A DNA stretch of 64,000 bases from Hemiscyllium ocellatum (GCF_020745735.1 NC_083435.1:13547201-13611200); one strand, 5' to 3'; shown: positions 36,145 through 50,849, numbered from the stretch's first letter. Translations and numbers: made by a program. The notes: a model not told the origin generated them from the sequence alone.

Positions 36145-37686
36145 ACACGAGGGGGGGCGGTTGGTGGTTAGGGGGAGGGTGGTGTAAGGAGTCTTATTTC
36201 AGATGCTACCAAAACTGAAGGTCATACACTTAGTGAATTTGCAACTGTGTAGATAAGAAACAGTGAGAACATACAACCCCACAAATTTAGAATCCAACCC
36301 TGGTCCCTGGCACTAACCACTGACCCATTGTGCCATCACATGATGCCCTATTATAGTGACAATGAAGCCCATGAGCTCCCTACACCATTAGACTGCTATT
36401 TGCCATAACATCTGTACAGCAACAGAATGGCTGACTTTATCAACCGTGCCCTTCCTCACACTGTTGAAGTTCTGATACTGAATATAACTTCTATTTTCTT
36501 TCAGCTGTTCTGTTCACCCTGTTTTGAGCCTAATCCCATCTTCACTAAATCTCAAATATATTGAATTCAAAACACGTGGTGGACAATTGTGGTATCATGT
36601 TCTAGTCATCCTGGAATGCAATGATCTTTTCCACTATTTCAGGTCAAGTTCTCCAGCCTTTTTTCCCGTCCCCTCTATATTTGCCTCCAATAAATGTGAG
36701 GGGTGCAATCTGATCAACTGCTTATGCTGAGTCAGTTCTTGAAATCGCTAATCTGACTGAACGCCATCAACACTAGCTATGAACTTATATCATTCCTTCG
36801 TTTCTCTCCTTCCTCACTTCCTGATGCCTCTCAGGACATATTCTCCTTAAGGCCAATAAGTGAACCACGGAAAGAGCTGTTTAGATGAATTGAGATTATT
36901 TTTTCTAACAGAGTACCATGAAACGTGCTCCACATAGAAATATTGCAGCTTCTGATATACATTGGGACGATGAAAGTTCTTCCAACTTTCAAATATCCTT
37001 TCAAACCAGTCGTTTAATTTAAACTGAATGGTTTAAATATTTTTGTTGTTTTGAGTTTCACGGGCATTAAAGTTGCCAGCAGTTTTGCACTCTGCCTTTA
37101 TTTATTACAAACGCTCGGATGTGACTCAAAAACGGAAAGCTTTAACCACCACACCGACCGTGTTTATGCACATAATTGATTAAAGGCTATAGTCAACTAT
37201 TCATGTACTTTTCAACAAAATATTTCACAACACAGCTAAATCAAAACCAACCGTTACTCTGGCGTGGAAATTCAACATAGGCTGCAATGCACGTGGGTGT
37301 CACTGACTTAGAACAAGCAGAAACCACAGTACTTGCACATAAGGCTGTTGTTCAAATAATGTTTACCACCGCTAATTGCAAACTCCAAGGCGGATTAAGA
37401 AATATCATTTCTAAGTATTTAACTGACGCTGTTTCTTTTTCCACACAAAGCCAGTGTGAAGTGATATTAAATGAAAAACATTTATCTTTTGATCTTCAAA
37501 CATGAAGCCGACTTGTGACATATTTAAATTAGATAACCTGATTGAATTAACATTTTGCTTATATCATAGCTCTATTCCACTAAAGTGCACATTGAATCAT
37601 ATTTCATCAATGACTGGAACTTACAGTTGAATGGAGTCTTTGCTGGAATACCACATTCCAAGGAACTTTACAGAAGCAATATACAG

Positions 37687-37914
37687 GAGGAGAAAGTGAG
37701 GACTGCAGATACTGGAGATCAGAGCTGAAAATGTGTTGCTGGAAAAGCGCAGCAGGTCAGACAGCATCCAAAGAGCAGGAGAATCGACGTTTCGGGCATA
37801 AGCCCTTCTTCAGGAATCCTGAAGATTCCTGAAGAAGGGCTTATGCCCGAAACGTCAATTCTCCTGCTCTTTGGATGCTGTCTGACCTGCTGCGCTTTTC
37901 CAGCAACACATTTT
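37687..37914. mobile_element. Fold-back Penelope-derived mini-element, 16-bp TSD
   Basis: Inverted arms centred near 37820; cagaa(g/a)caatatacag at 37671-37686 and 37915-37930. Confidence 0.8.
37829..37856 (+). ncRNA. Minimal hammerhead-ribozyme-like motif
   Basis: CTGAAGAAGGGCTTATGCCCGAAACGTC; a mirror copy lies on the minus strand at 37786-37813. Confidence 0.5.
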
Positions 37915-38699
37915 CAGAAACAATATACAGTTTACAAAAACAAATTTTGAGTTAAATTTGCTTCAATATTTCAATTTTGCCCTTCAGGATGTTTAATTTA
38001 TTTTTTTCTCTCTCGGTCTTTTGCATTCCACTATCAACATTCTTTGTCATGATTGAAATCATTGTTTTGGCTTCAGCATTCTAACCTACAAAACTTTGAG
38101 AATTTCATATGACATATGGGGGAGAATAAATTATATGCAAGAACGACCAAATACTTGGAGAAGGACATTTGCGATTATAGGCACTAATTATAAAAAAAAG
38201 ACTTATTGACAGATGTCAGGAATCAATGCCTTTGTATCTATACAACGTTGTGAACAAATGCGAAGTTCAAAATGGGTGAATTCACAGATTGGTAAGATAG
38301 TATTTGATATAAGTTTTGTTACAGACATAGTTCTTGATTGAATATGGTAGTGATGGACAGAAATTAATTAAATAATGAGCATTGAGCAGCCAAACGTAAA
38401 TCAATGGATTCTTAATCAATATTTATACAAACGAATAAGTTGCTGCATAATAAGGCAATTATAAAATAAGTAGAGTGTAGTGTGGGAAAAGCACAGCAGG
38501 GAAAGCAGCATCCGAGGAGCAGGAGAATCGACGATTCATCAGGGCTTATGCCAAAACGTCGATTCTCCTGTTCCTCGGAATCTCGACTCTGATATCCAGT
38601 ATCTACAGTCCTCACTTTCTCCTCCTGATTATAAGTCAAAATCATGATGTGCTTAGTAGCAATTTAAAAACAAATCAGGTCTATGTTGATATTTTGCAG

Positions 38700-40100
38700 A
38701 ATCGTTTTTTTTTCTCTGAGCCCAAATTATTCTCAAACTGATCTTAAGTTCGGACAGTATTTCAGTAAAGAAATACACGATAATTGAGATGACAGGACGG
38801 GGAAGCCTACATGGAAAAAGACTGGGGAGAATCACTGAAGAAGTCTGCCACAGTAATTACAACGTGACTCCATCAACTAAGTAGGAAAATATATTTAGAG
38901 GCACAATATATCTTTGCAGAAGTGTAATCACGGGAGGCACACTATTCTTATTACCTCAGTTCAAGAGAAGTGCAGAGCAACAACAAAACTATACCTTCAT
39001 TTTGTGGATTTCACAAAAAGATTTGTCATCATAAGTGGGATAAGCAAGATAGGTACTCAGCTCTGATGCTGGTATGAGAGACAAAAGATCAGGAGTGCTT
39101 AAAAGTTTTGATGGCACTTAAACTTCTTTCACAGTAACATATACTGTAGTTGCTCACAAAACAATAACCTTCAAACGTTGGTCATATTCACACAAGATCT
39201 AATTGAATTATCCTCCTTAATCATAGGTACCATTCAATTTCATGATACATTTAATCATGTTCAAGCCGATGATGGGGTGAAACATGTGTGCACTTTGGTC
39301 CCTGCACTGCTTTTCATTGTTTTCTGTTACACTGCGATAATGAAAATGTGCACCTATGCACATAATTACACACAAAACTACTAGACCTCCCAAAACTCAA
39401 AGCCAAGACAGAAGTGTAGTATACATGATGAATGACGTTTTTGTCTGCTGATTATGCATAACCCACTGCCCAACGTAGAAGGTCAGCTCGAAAGCATAAT
39501 GTATTATCTGTCTCATGCTTGTATAATATTTTCCTTCCTCACTATTGTGACAGGGTTTTGTGCATTTGTCTGTGATCAGATTCAGAAACACTCCACGGAG
39601 GTAGTCGGAAAATTCTAAAACCTTGGATGTACAGTGACAAACAATCAGACTAGAAAGGCATCCACAAGTTTGACTTACTAATTATACAGTTATTGAAATA
39701 TTTCAAATTGATTTAACACCTGCATCTCCAGCATATGGTTTGAGGCAATGAGACCTGGACAACTTCCACATCCCAATAATTTTCAATTCTGGTGTCTTTG
39801 GGATCCCAAGGAACGATAAAAGTCGCCAAATGTAGCAGTCACTTCTTGAAAATATGCCAAGTATACTAGTGTTGATCAAGAAAATAAGTATCAGCTCATT
39901 TGAGAATTTATGCAGGATCAAAGTTTGTCACATCTTCGAAAATATGGTATAAGTAGAGCTAAACCTTTCCAAGATATCCTTAGGACGCCCAGAGCTTTGA
40001 TGTAAGATCTGATCAACATAGACTTGGAAATTGCCTACGTAAATCATAAAATGTTAGAAATCTATGTGATGATTAATAAAGTGACGACACCAGTTCTGTG
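38700..40100 (+). mobile_element. Highly decayed RTE-clade LINE relic
   Basis: Frameshifted matches to Q(L)QEKCREQ...FVDFTKAFD (about 38960-39030), DGVKHVCTLVPALLFIVF resembling GVKQGCVLAPTLF (about 39270-39330), and a GRP.LR-type C-terminus near 39980. Confidence 0.55.
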
Positions 40101-43100
40101 CTGAAGTTTATTGCATCGGTGCATGTGGTCTCAAAAGCTCCAAAACAGATGTCAACCCTACAAACACAGTGCAACAGAAGTCATCCTACACACCTGGTGA
40201 GAGACAACTTTTTAAATGTAATACTTATGGTAGACATTGCTTTTCCAGAACCAAATTTTTGCCCATAGAATGAGTGATACAGAAAAAGCTCATACCACAT
40301 CTTCAAACTGAAGCTGTATTCGCATAACCTTTCACAGATGAAATGATACCCAAACACATAATAACGTCATGCTCAGTGCAATGCTAATCTCTTAGAGAAG
40401 TCACAGATAGCTATTTATTTAATGATAATGCCCCAATCCTAAGGTAGTCATTATATAGTTCAAACACTTTGCTTCCTCTTCCTTTTTAAAAGCCATTTTA
40501 AAAGACTTAACTTCAAATTGTTTTCCCAAGAAAATGGATAATGTGAAAGAGTCATATGGCCATAGCACAACAATATACACCTACTACCCCTGTCTTGCAA
40601 CAAACCATGGTTTTCGAATGAGACTATTATTTAGACCTCAACCGATACACAAAGGAACATCAAATTTCCAAAAAACTCAATCACATAGGGTGCTTTTTGC
40701 CTCCACTAATGAAATGAGAGGATCACTAATTTCCTTATATTCAATAGCATGGATTGCTATTTCCTGATATAACTCAATAAAACTATGCTTGATTCTTTTA
40801 CCCTTCCTTCCATCGCTGCTCCTAACACTTCGCATTTACTTTCATTCTCATTCAGACTTGAAACTTTCTCTGAGATGTTGACCATTTGATGAGCCGCTCT
40901 GCAGAAATAAATTAATTAATATAATTGATTTTGCATTTATTTAACTATGTAGCAGTAAATACAATGAGACATAGAAAAATTACATAAATAATGGCCTGAT
41001 TTAGGCTTCAATTGGACAAAGTTGGAATTTTACACATTGTGAAAGTGCAGATTGACTTCATACATTTAAACTTGTGTTTCAGTCTCTTATTTAACTTTAA
41101 GCACTCATTTGTTGCAGAATAAAATATTTATTCATAAGCCATACGGGTTACCAATAAATCACCTGTGGCATTTGATCACCATAAAGAAAGACACTGAAAT
41201 ATGAAAACATCATTCTTGTTAACTTATTCATGCAATGTTTTGCACAATAAATAATTTGAAAATAACAGAACATATAACAGCAATCTGGTACATTTTGCTC
41301 CGTCGTGACATATCTACCTCAATACATAGTTAATTTTAATATTCCAGTTTTGTAATCTTTTACTTGTAGAATGTTCATGTACTACTGAAGAGTCTAAAAT
41401 TTTAAACTCAATACAGAGGTAGATATGCATCAGTTCAACTGTATGTTTTACTTTACATCATATTTTCAGTTGTTAGTTAGAAGCAACTTATTGGCATATA
41501 CATTCTATTGTGTGTTTTTTCCCAGTTCGGGACGGCATTTTCACTCATCTTCTAGACTAGCTAGTGAAAGCTTGGGTTTTGAAATGACTTCTCCATTCAC
41601 CAGCTGTCAGGTTTGAAAACCTGCAGATAATCCATAGTATATATTTGGGCACCAGTGCTAAATGCTATCTGCTAGGCATTTGTGCAACGACACAATAAAC
41701 CATACATAGCCAAATGTTATTTTTACAGTGAGGACGCCTTACTATGTGATTGAAACTCATTGACCTGGCCAGGTTTGAAAATATGACTGTACATGGCCGA
41801 AATAGAAATCTAAGAAGGAAGCACTTGTAACATGAGATTGATAAGGCAAACTCATATGGCACGGAGAAAATGCAAATAATAAATGGAATAAATTGAATAA
41901 ATAAATCACATATATGTGGTAATCTTTCCAAATATTCAGTTACTGGGAATTATTTTTGTGGAATTAAACTTTTTATTCGCATCAATTATTGCTGACAATA
42001 AGTTGCTTATTGGTAACAGTATACCAAAGACTGAAGAAGGTTAAATTGTAAAAGAAGGAATGTCACATAGTTAAGTTTTCATTCAACATGTACATAAATG
42101 GTCAACAACTAGTTCACGCACAAAACCCAAATGTTGGAAGTAATGTGCTCCTTTCTTATCTTACACTTTCTTTCGATAAGGTTAGATGGTTGAGCTAGAT
42201 GTCTGACACTAAATTAATTACAACGAGATCTACTCCACGTTTCTCCTTGGAGGATGTGGGCGTTTTTTCTTTCGTTTGGGTTCGTTGCCATGGCAGTGAA
42301 AGTAAGCATCATCACGCTTTGAAGAAAAATCATGCATATTATATTCGTTAGTCTTGTTACCAAAATAAGATATTCTTTCACTCATTTAATTTGTGTAGTG
42401 AGCATTTGTAACTCAACATTTCCATCCTTCCCTTCAGTTATAGGGTTAACATGTGTGTCTACCTGAAATTGTGGTGTACAAAATTAAGCCGTTGCAAAAC
42501 ATGTATTAAGGTCAAAAATTCCTTAAAAATAACAACTGACACTCGATTTGGTGTCCAGAATGTATACGTTTGAGCAGCAAGGAAAGAACGAGCAAGTGTA
42601 GGGTGTTGTATGAAGTGAAATAAGATTAATGAAACAATCCCAGTGCTGATTGGAATAAATAAAGAGGAAAAGAAGGAGTAAGCAACAGGGAAGTAAGTCG
42701 TGTTGAATGAATGCGATATTGCATTTGCAGTTATACAACAAAGACTGATCTCAGTGACATTCATACATCTAATATTGCTCTTTGGAGACATCTAAAAGGA
42801 TGATCCTTATTTTATAAAAATAATGGATGTGATTTTTTTTCAGTTTGGAAATAAATTGCAAAGAAAACCCTAATCAGCTTCTTGAGTTTCTTCAAAGGAA
42901 ATTTTCCATTAGTGCAATCAACCACATACTCTCCGAGATGTATAAATTGGTGAAGATGTTTCGAATTCAATTGTCCCCTGATTTTATATAGAATTGGGTA
43001 AAGGTGCACAATTCCTTCATGGCCTTGCAAGCCAATAAAACTCACTGGTAGACTTGCAGTCACAGATATGACTGCCGCTTCCAGGCAATCCCTCCATTCA

Positions 43101-45149
43101 AAGAACACAGAGCAAGCTTGGCAGTTCACAGAGAAGGGAGGACTGAATGCCATGCTTCCCGCTTGATGTTGTTCCTTCTACTTGTTCCTGGTTACCTAAC
43201 TGCCTGAATAGTCCCAAAGGCTAGCAAGACACCCCAAGAATTTCCTGCATCAACCACCCTTGAGTTTTGGCGAGTGGGTGGCAGGTGTGACGCTCTCTAG
43301 AAAACATAATGTTCCATCCAACAGCAGAGACTGCCTAATTCAGCACAATTTTTATTTTAAAATATGTTCCATAGTGGCGGGGGGTGGGGGCTGGGGGGGA
43401 GGGGTTTAGGAATTGTAAGGCCGAATATAGAACTTTAATCTTAATATGATTATTAAGCAGTTTCTACAGAGTGGCAAAATGAAGTATTCCATTAAATAGG
43501 TGCAGTAGGGTTATTTCCATTTGACATTTTGTATCCTATATCATATTTGCGTGATCGGAGCTGTTAAGCATGTTGTGCTTAATATTCTGATGATGAAATA
43601 ACTTCAGAGGTATCTGCTGCTGCAAATGTTTATAGGTTTCAGTGTCCCACTTAAAGTTACTGTGTACACTAAAAGATAACCACACAGTTTATCATTGACC
43701 TTTATAATATTTGCAAACGGAAGCAATGACTGAATTGCTTTTTTTTGTCACATTTTACAAGCAGAACCAATAGCGCTCTGAGGAGCTTTGAAATTCATGA
43801 CTTAGAAGTACTGAAATATTCGGAGTATTGCTTCAAGTTGAAATGCAAATTGAAAAAGGTAAAACGAATGACAAATTCTCTAACACTTGTTCAAATGTAT
43901 ATTTTCCCTCTCCCTCTGAAAGTGCCAACCCATCATGAAAATTGAGAATTTTATAAAATAAGAATTATTCAAATGGCGATCTTTACTACTATATATGGAA
44001 GAAAAACAGGTGAACCACATGAAACTTTTTTTCTGTTTCAATCCGCTTTAGTGCATTTTGCTTTGATGACTTTTTGTTCAGATAGTCTTGTACACCATAT
44101 CATCGTTTTTCCAGTGGTGTTAACTGATGATTTTTTAATAAGTAATTTGGTTTAATTAATTCCATAGCGCATAAATATCTATAAAGTTGCACACTAAATT
44201 ATCCGTGAAAATTATAACAAAGTAGGCAAATATTAATTTACCTGATGCTGGGCAGGATTTCGCACTTTGTTCCTTTGTGGTAATTCTGCTTTGGCCAAAG
44301 GAGAAATGAAGTTAACAAATTATTTATGGAATATGCTTTGACATATATAGGATACTTTGGTGTGAAAAAACTTTCCATTTATAAAGCATATTTTTGTAAG
44401 CACTTATAACCAAGATTCTGGTTATAAGCTTTTAAGTTGTATTGTATGGTCTTAGTAGAATTAGCCTGCCTGTTAATGGCAATGCTTACGCATGCTTGCA
44501 TGCATGGCCAATTGACCTTATCACCATTTACAATAAACTTTAAAGAGGTAGGAAAGTATTACAGAATCTCAGAAATGTACACAAGGTGTTGCAATCAGCG
44601 AAACACATCAAAAGCTGTAAAATGTTCTAGCCGGACAGTAAGTGAGTACGATTTGAATCTGAATGGATCTCCTATATAGGTGAATTTTCTTTCTTTTTAT
44701 AGCAACGTTTTTGTGTATGGATTGTAACTGGTTAATATCGAAGATGCTTTATTGTCAAATGTGACAGGACGAAGATTGCGCTTACTTTAGTGTTAAACTG
44801 CCAAAAAATTTCAATATCCATGTGTGTTAACTTGTTTTATCATCATATTGTAAAATGTGAACTGACAAGAAAAAAAGAGATTCGCCTAGTAAGCGAATTA
44901 TTATCTAGGTTTTTTTTTTGTTATGACTTATTTCTGTAGGTTTTTGGCACAATTGCACTTGTCTTACTGAAAATATTCAACAAAGACATTGGGTGTGATT
45001 TAATGCTTTCCGCAAAGATGGTCTGGGAGACAAAGAAGTGCATAATATAACAGGAAAGTGTGAAGTGGAGGACCTTTCTTGCCTGGTAAATAGTTGGGCC
45101 CATTATATGGTCACTTTATGACAATTTAGTGGTTTGATGGCACCAAGGC

Positions 45150-46511
45150 AAATGCTTAACCAGTAGTAGGCATATGCAATGTTATGTAGTTAAACTGCAA
45201 GATCAATCCTGACAAGTAAGTCTGAGGAGAGATCTTAACCAATTCAGCCTGGCCAGGTGATCAAAGTTTCAGATGTGGAGCATTTTGGGAACAGTGTATA
45301 TAATTCGATAAGTCTTAGTATAGTTATGGATAAGGATAAGTTGGGTCCTTGGTGAAACTGCTAAATTAACAGAAGAGTAATTGCAACAGAGTTAAGCAGG
45401 AAATAGATAAATTGCATTAGGAGTGGTTGTTTGTGGACAAATCAATATCAGACATGTGGGAGTTTTATTGAAAAGTCAGGCAATCAAATTTCAGAACCAG
45501 TACATTTTTGTAAGCATGAACGATCAGGATGGCAAGATTCGGGAACCTGGGGTAACAAGAGATATTGAAAGTTTAGTCAAAAATAAAAAAGAAACAAATG
45601 CAAAGTTCAGGGAACTGAAATCAGGCAAGGCCCTGAGGAATTTAAAGGAAACAGGAAAGAACTTAAACAAGAAATTACGGGGATTAAAAGGGGCCACGAA
45701 ATATCCTTGGCAAGTAGAGTTGATGAGAATTCCAAGACATTTTATACGTATATTTGGAGCAAGGGAAAGATTACGTCCACTCACGGTCAAAAAAGCAATT
45801 CATCCGTTGAGTCAGAGAAAGTGGGTGCAGTCCTTAATGAGTACTTCACATCATATTCACCAGGGGGAAGGAAATTGAAGATTGTGACATTAGGCTTAGG
45901 TATGTTGATTTCTAGGGCATGACAATATAAAGAAGAAGCTATTTGGTGCCCTGAAAAACATTGAGGTTGGACTTGATGGCATTTATCCCACGAGACTGAG
46001 GGAGGCAAAGAAGGGGATTGGTGTGGTGTCGACAGAGACCTTTGTATACTCTTTAGCCTCAGGAGAAATCCCAGAAGATTGAAGAATAGCAGATATCCTT
46101 CCTTTGTTTAAGAAGATTAACAGGGATAATCTGGGAATTTAAGGCTGGTGATCTTTGCATCAGTGCTAATAAAAGTATTGGAGAAAATTCCTAGGGACAG
46201 GATTTACATGCATTTGGAAAAGAACGTGCTTATTAGGGACAGTCAGCATGACTTGTGTGTGTTTATGTGTGTGTCTGTGTGGGGTGGTGGGGAGTGGAGG
46301 TGGGGTGTGGCCTTGTCTCACAAATCTGTTTGATTTTTGAGGAAGTGATGAAAATAGTTGATCAAGGGAGGCCAGTGGAAGTTGTCTTCATGGGTTTTTA
46401 AAAAAGTATTTAAGGTACCTCATGGTAGGCTAGTCATTTCGGATCCACGGTGAGTTAGCATATTGGATACAAAATTGACTTCGTTACAGAAGACCAATAT
46501 AACCAAATATA

Positions 46512-46549
<38 letters not shown>

Positions 46550-47530
46550 TCTGTGTGTGTGTGTGTGTGTGTGTAAGGTGGGGGGGGGTTATTTCTGACT
46601 GGAGGTTTGTGGCAGTCGTTTTGGTCTAACTAGTAAGTTTGCAGGTGACACGAAAATTCGTGGAGTTGTAGGCAGTGAAGAAATTTCTCGGAAGCTATAG
46701 CCAGATATAGATCAGTTGGAAAGATGGATGGAGGAATGGCAGATGGAGTTTTCTCTGCACAAGTGTGAGGCAATGCATTGTGATGGGTCAAATGACAACA
46801 GACCTTGTATAGTAAATAGCATGACTCTTATCACGATGATGTACACAGGGATCTTGTGGTGCAAATCCATAGTTCCCAAAAAGTTGCAACGCAAATTGAT
46901 AAGGTGATAAAGACTGCATATGGCATGTTTGCCTTTGTCAGTTGGGGCCTTGAGTATAAGTATCGGCAAGTCATTTTGCAACTGTATAAAACCTTTGTTC
47001 AGCCACATGTGGAGTATAGTGTGCAGTTCTGGTCACCATATTATATGAAGGATGGAAAGACTTTGGAGATAATGTTAAAGAGATTTACCAGGATGTTACC
47101 TTGATTGGGGTTTATTAGCTATAAGGAGAGATTGGACAAAATTGGACTGTTTCTGCTATGTGTTGGAGGCTGAGAGGAGACCTGATAGAAGAATATAAAA
47201 GTATGAGAAGGCGGACAGTGTGAGTCTTTTTCCAACGTGGTCTTGTCAAATGCTAAAGGCCATATGTTTAAGCTGACAAGTTTAACGTTCGACTAAGGTG
47301 TACAAGGCAAGTTTCTTTTTCGTAGGGCGTGATGTGTGCAAATAGCATACTGTCAGATGGCGCAGTAGATATTGAAACCACAACAATAGTTAACTGGCAT
47401 TTAGACACTCACGTGAACAGGCAGAAGATAGATGGATCAGAGAATGTGCAGCCAGATGAGAATAATTTACAATGGCATCATGGTCAGCACGCACATGATG
47501 GGTTGAAAGACCAGTTTTTGTACTTTACTG
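45150..47530 (+). mobile_element. Decayed CR1 ORF2 with an internal (GT)n at about 46514-46573
   Basis: WQMEFSLHKCEAMH, LYKTFVQPHVEYSVQFWSP and RDRIYMHLEK...IRDSQH. Confidence 0.85.
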
Positions 47531-47579
47531 TCCTATGTCCTATATAATTTATGCAGATTGCCGAAAGAAATTGGGTGTG

Positions 47580-49480
47580 GCAGGACTTCATTGACTGTAA
47601 TGAAAAGATTAGGAACATAGGAGAAGGAGTAGACCATTCAGCCCTCCAACATCCTCCCTGATTTTACAGCGTTTCCCTCAACACTATATTCCCATTCATT
47701 CACGAAACTGTTGATGCCATTAGTACCTAGAAAACTATCAACCACTATCTTGAACTTGCTCAGCAGATCTGCCAGCATCTGTGAAGAGAAATCAGAGTTA
47801 ATGCTTTGGGTCAAATGACACTTCCTCAACTGGGGAAGTTCTTTGGAAGGGTACTCGACCTGACAACATTAACTCTGATTTCTCTTCACAGATGCTGCCA
47901 GACTTACTGAGCTTTCCCAATAATTTCAGTTTGTTTCTGATTTGCAGCATCCACAGTTCTTTCAAGTGTTAATATCTTGAACTTATTTATCGACTAAGCT
48001 TCCACATCTGTCTGAGGCAAGAAATTCTAAAGATTCACCAATCCCTGAATATTCCTCCTCTACTCAGTTCTAAATCACTTTCCTTTTATTTTGAAAGTAT
48101 GACCTTTGCTTCTAGATTTTACAGCAGGAGAGAATGCTTTCTGCATCCACCCAGTCAATCCCTTGAAAAAGTTTCTCAAGTTCACCAGTCTGATGAAACG
48201 TCTTTGAATTCCACTCATAGAAAGTATATCCTCCCTGAGTCAAAAGGACCAGATTACATACAACAATCCACGTGTGGTGTTACTAGTGTTCTATGCAGTT
48301 GAAGCAACCGTTCCTTTCTGCTGTTCTCAAATCCACTTGTAATGAAGTCTTACATCTAATTTTCTATCCGAATTGCTTGCTGCAGCTGCAAACCAACATT
48401 CAGTGACTTATCATAAAGACATGTAATGTCCCTTTGGTCATCAACGTTTTAGAATGTCTAACCATTTTAAAAATCATGTGCTTCTCTGTTCCTCCCACCA
48501 AACACAATAACCTCTCTTACCCTATTATTTCCCATCTGCCATACTATTGCCCAATGATTCAGTCTATCGATAAAACTTCAGTAGAAACATTTTTGCAATC
48601 TCCTCAAAATTCGCAATATCACCATATTTTGTATCATCTACAAACTTTGAGATATTTCACTTAGTCCCCATATCCAAATACTTAAATAACTTTGTACAGC
48701 TGGGGCCAAAGCATTGACATTTTTGTTACTCACTTGTCACAACCTATCAGTCTAATAATGCACCATTGATGTTACTCTTTAATTTACATTTGTTAATCCT
48801 GAATACATTTTAGTATCTTGCCTCATCCAATGCAGTATAAATTTGTTTTCTAACCTACTTCTGGTATTTTAATGAAGATTTGGAAAGTTCAAACACACCA
48901 CGTTCCCTGGCTGTCATTATCAATTTTGCTAAAACATCCAAACAAAAAAAAGGTTGTTATCTGTCAAACTTGAATCGTCCTTCATAAATTCATATTTATT
49001 CTGTTCAATCTCACAATTATTTCCGACATATCCAGCAGTTACATCACTCACAATCGATTTTAAAATTTTCCTTCCTGCTGACGTCATGCTTACAGATCTG
49101 GAGATCCCGACTTTCTCCGTTCGTCTTTTCTTAAACAATGGGATTCCAATTGAAAGTTCCAAAACTGCAGCAACGTTGTGGAATTGATATAATTTTGGAA
49201 GATAATCAACATTGTATCTATTAGGATTTTAACTGTCACTTTGAACATTCTAGGTTAAATTCATTGGTCCCAGATATTTGTCGCATTTCATTCACAATCA
49301 GTAGTACTACTCTGATTTTCCACCCATACTAATAGATATTAGTTCACTTCTATGCTCATGCTTAAATATTTCAGGGCAATATTTCTGTGTCTTCCTCTAT
49401 GAAAATGACACAAAATTATTTTTTTAAACTTCCATGCAATTTCTCTATTTCCTCTTAGAATTTCTGTTGTAATTAGAACA
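47580..49480 (-). mobile_element. Old CR1 fragments, with a nested fold-back Penelope-derived piece at about 47750-47960
   Basis: PLFKKRRTEK..SRSVSMTS.GRKILKSI resembles the CR1 RT; inverted arms cagcatctgtgaagagaaatcagagttaatg and cattaactctgatttctcttcacagatgctg. Confidence 0.65.
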
Positions 49481-50398
49481 CAAGATGCTGGAGGTAGCCA
49501 GCAGGTTTAGCAGCGTCTGTGGAGAGAGAAATAGCGCTAATGCTTTACACCGAATAACTCGGCTTCAAAACTCATGTATAATAAACATACAACAAGAGAC
49601 TTAGAAGCTTAGGAGAAGGGATGGAATTAGACGGTAGAAGGAAGAATTCATAGAATCATCGATATCCATGCGTTGTTGAAGCTTGTGCTCCTTAACATAA
49701 AAATGTTTTTTTTCTCCCTTTATTTATGCATTGAATGCAATGAAGACTTGGGCAGAATGGAAACTATGACAGCATTGAGGAAACATGAGGCGGACCTGAT
49801 GCAGAAATTTTGAGATGTCCATGTACATATGGTGGCACTTGGCACTGAATTTGGATCTCAGGATGCGGCAAGAACAGCTGTCAGGGGAGGATTGTATGTC
49901 TTAAACAAGCCAATAATTCTTCGTGGATTCAAATGTCGAAAGGAGGCGTCGTTGGGCTTGAGCCATTAACTCTACTTTTCTTCCACTGGTGTTGTTAAAC
50001 CTGCTACGTTTCTCCTGCACTTTTTTCCACATCTCCGGTATGCATATTAGCTTGCTGCTTCCTATATTCTCCTAACTCTGCCTGTAATTGACTCACATTC
50101 GCCTTTATTAATTGCTTCCACGTTACATCTATGTAAAAAAAGAAGCCTTGCTATGCTTTTTTTTGATAATTTAAGTTAATATTCCATTGTTTCTTTCTTT
50201 ATCAATTCCTTAGTTCGCCTTAGCTGAATTCGAAATGCTTCCAATCGTTAGGCCTACAGCACATTTTTAAAAAAAATTATAAGCCTCTTATTTTTATTTA
50301 AAATTATTTCTATCGTCCATTGATTGTCATATCTTCGTGTTGGTTATTTTTGCCTTAAAGGAATGTATGCCTTTTGAAAGCAATGCTAATTGCTTTCA

Positions 50399-50699
50399 GG
50401 GCGGCACGGTGGCACAGTGGTTAGCACTGCTGCCTCACAGCGCCAGGGACCTGGGTTCAATTCCCGCCTCAGGCGACTGACTGTGTGGAGTTTGCACGTT
50501 CTCCCCGTGTCTGCGTGGGTTTCCTCCGGGTGCTCCGGTTTCCTCCCACAGTCCAAAGATGTGCGGGTCAGGTCAATTGGCCATGCTAAATTGCCCCTAG
50601 TGTTAGGTTAGGGGTATGGGTGGGTTGCGCTTCGGCAGGTCGGTGTGGACTTGTTGGGCCGAAGGGCCTGTTTCCACACTGTAAGTAATCTAATCTAAT
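50399..50699 (+). mobile_element. Young tRNA-derived SINE (HE1-like)
   Basis: A box TGGCACAGTGG, B box GGTTCAATTCC, CR1-type 3' end gggccgaagggcctgtttcc and a (taatc)n tail. Confidence 0.9.
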
Positions 50700-50849
50700 T
50701 CTTTAAATATTTGCCACTGCCAATCTACTGTCAGAACATTAAATGTACTTTTCTCATACAACACAGCCAACTTCCCTCTCATACCTTCAGAAGTCAGAAT
50801 CTAATTATTTAGATTTTGAGCCCATTTGAAGCTGAAACTAAGACCACTG

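Noticed and set aside
42459-42791. 110-aa minus ORF resembling a GPCR N-terminus and TM1 (NTTYFPVAYSFF...)
   Set aside because: There is no GN motif and no further helices; the hydrophobicity is explained by a purine-rich opposite strand.
50399-50470. tRNA-like sequence
   Set aside because: It is the tRNA-derived head of a SINE, continuous with SINE body and tail, not a tRNA gene.
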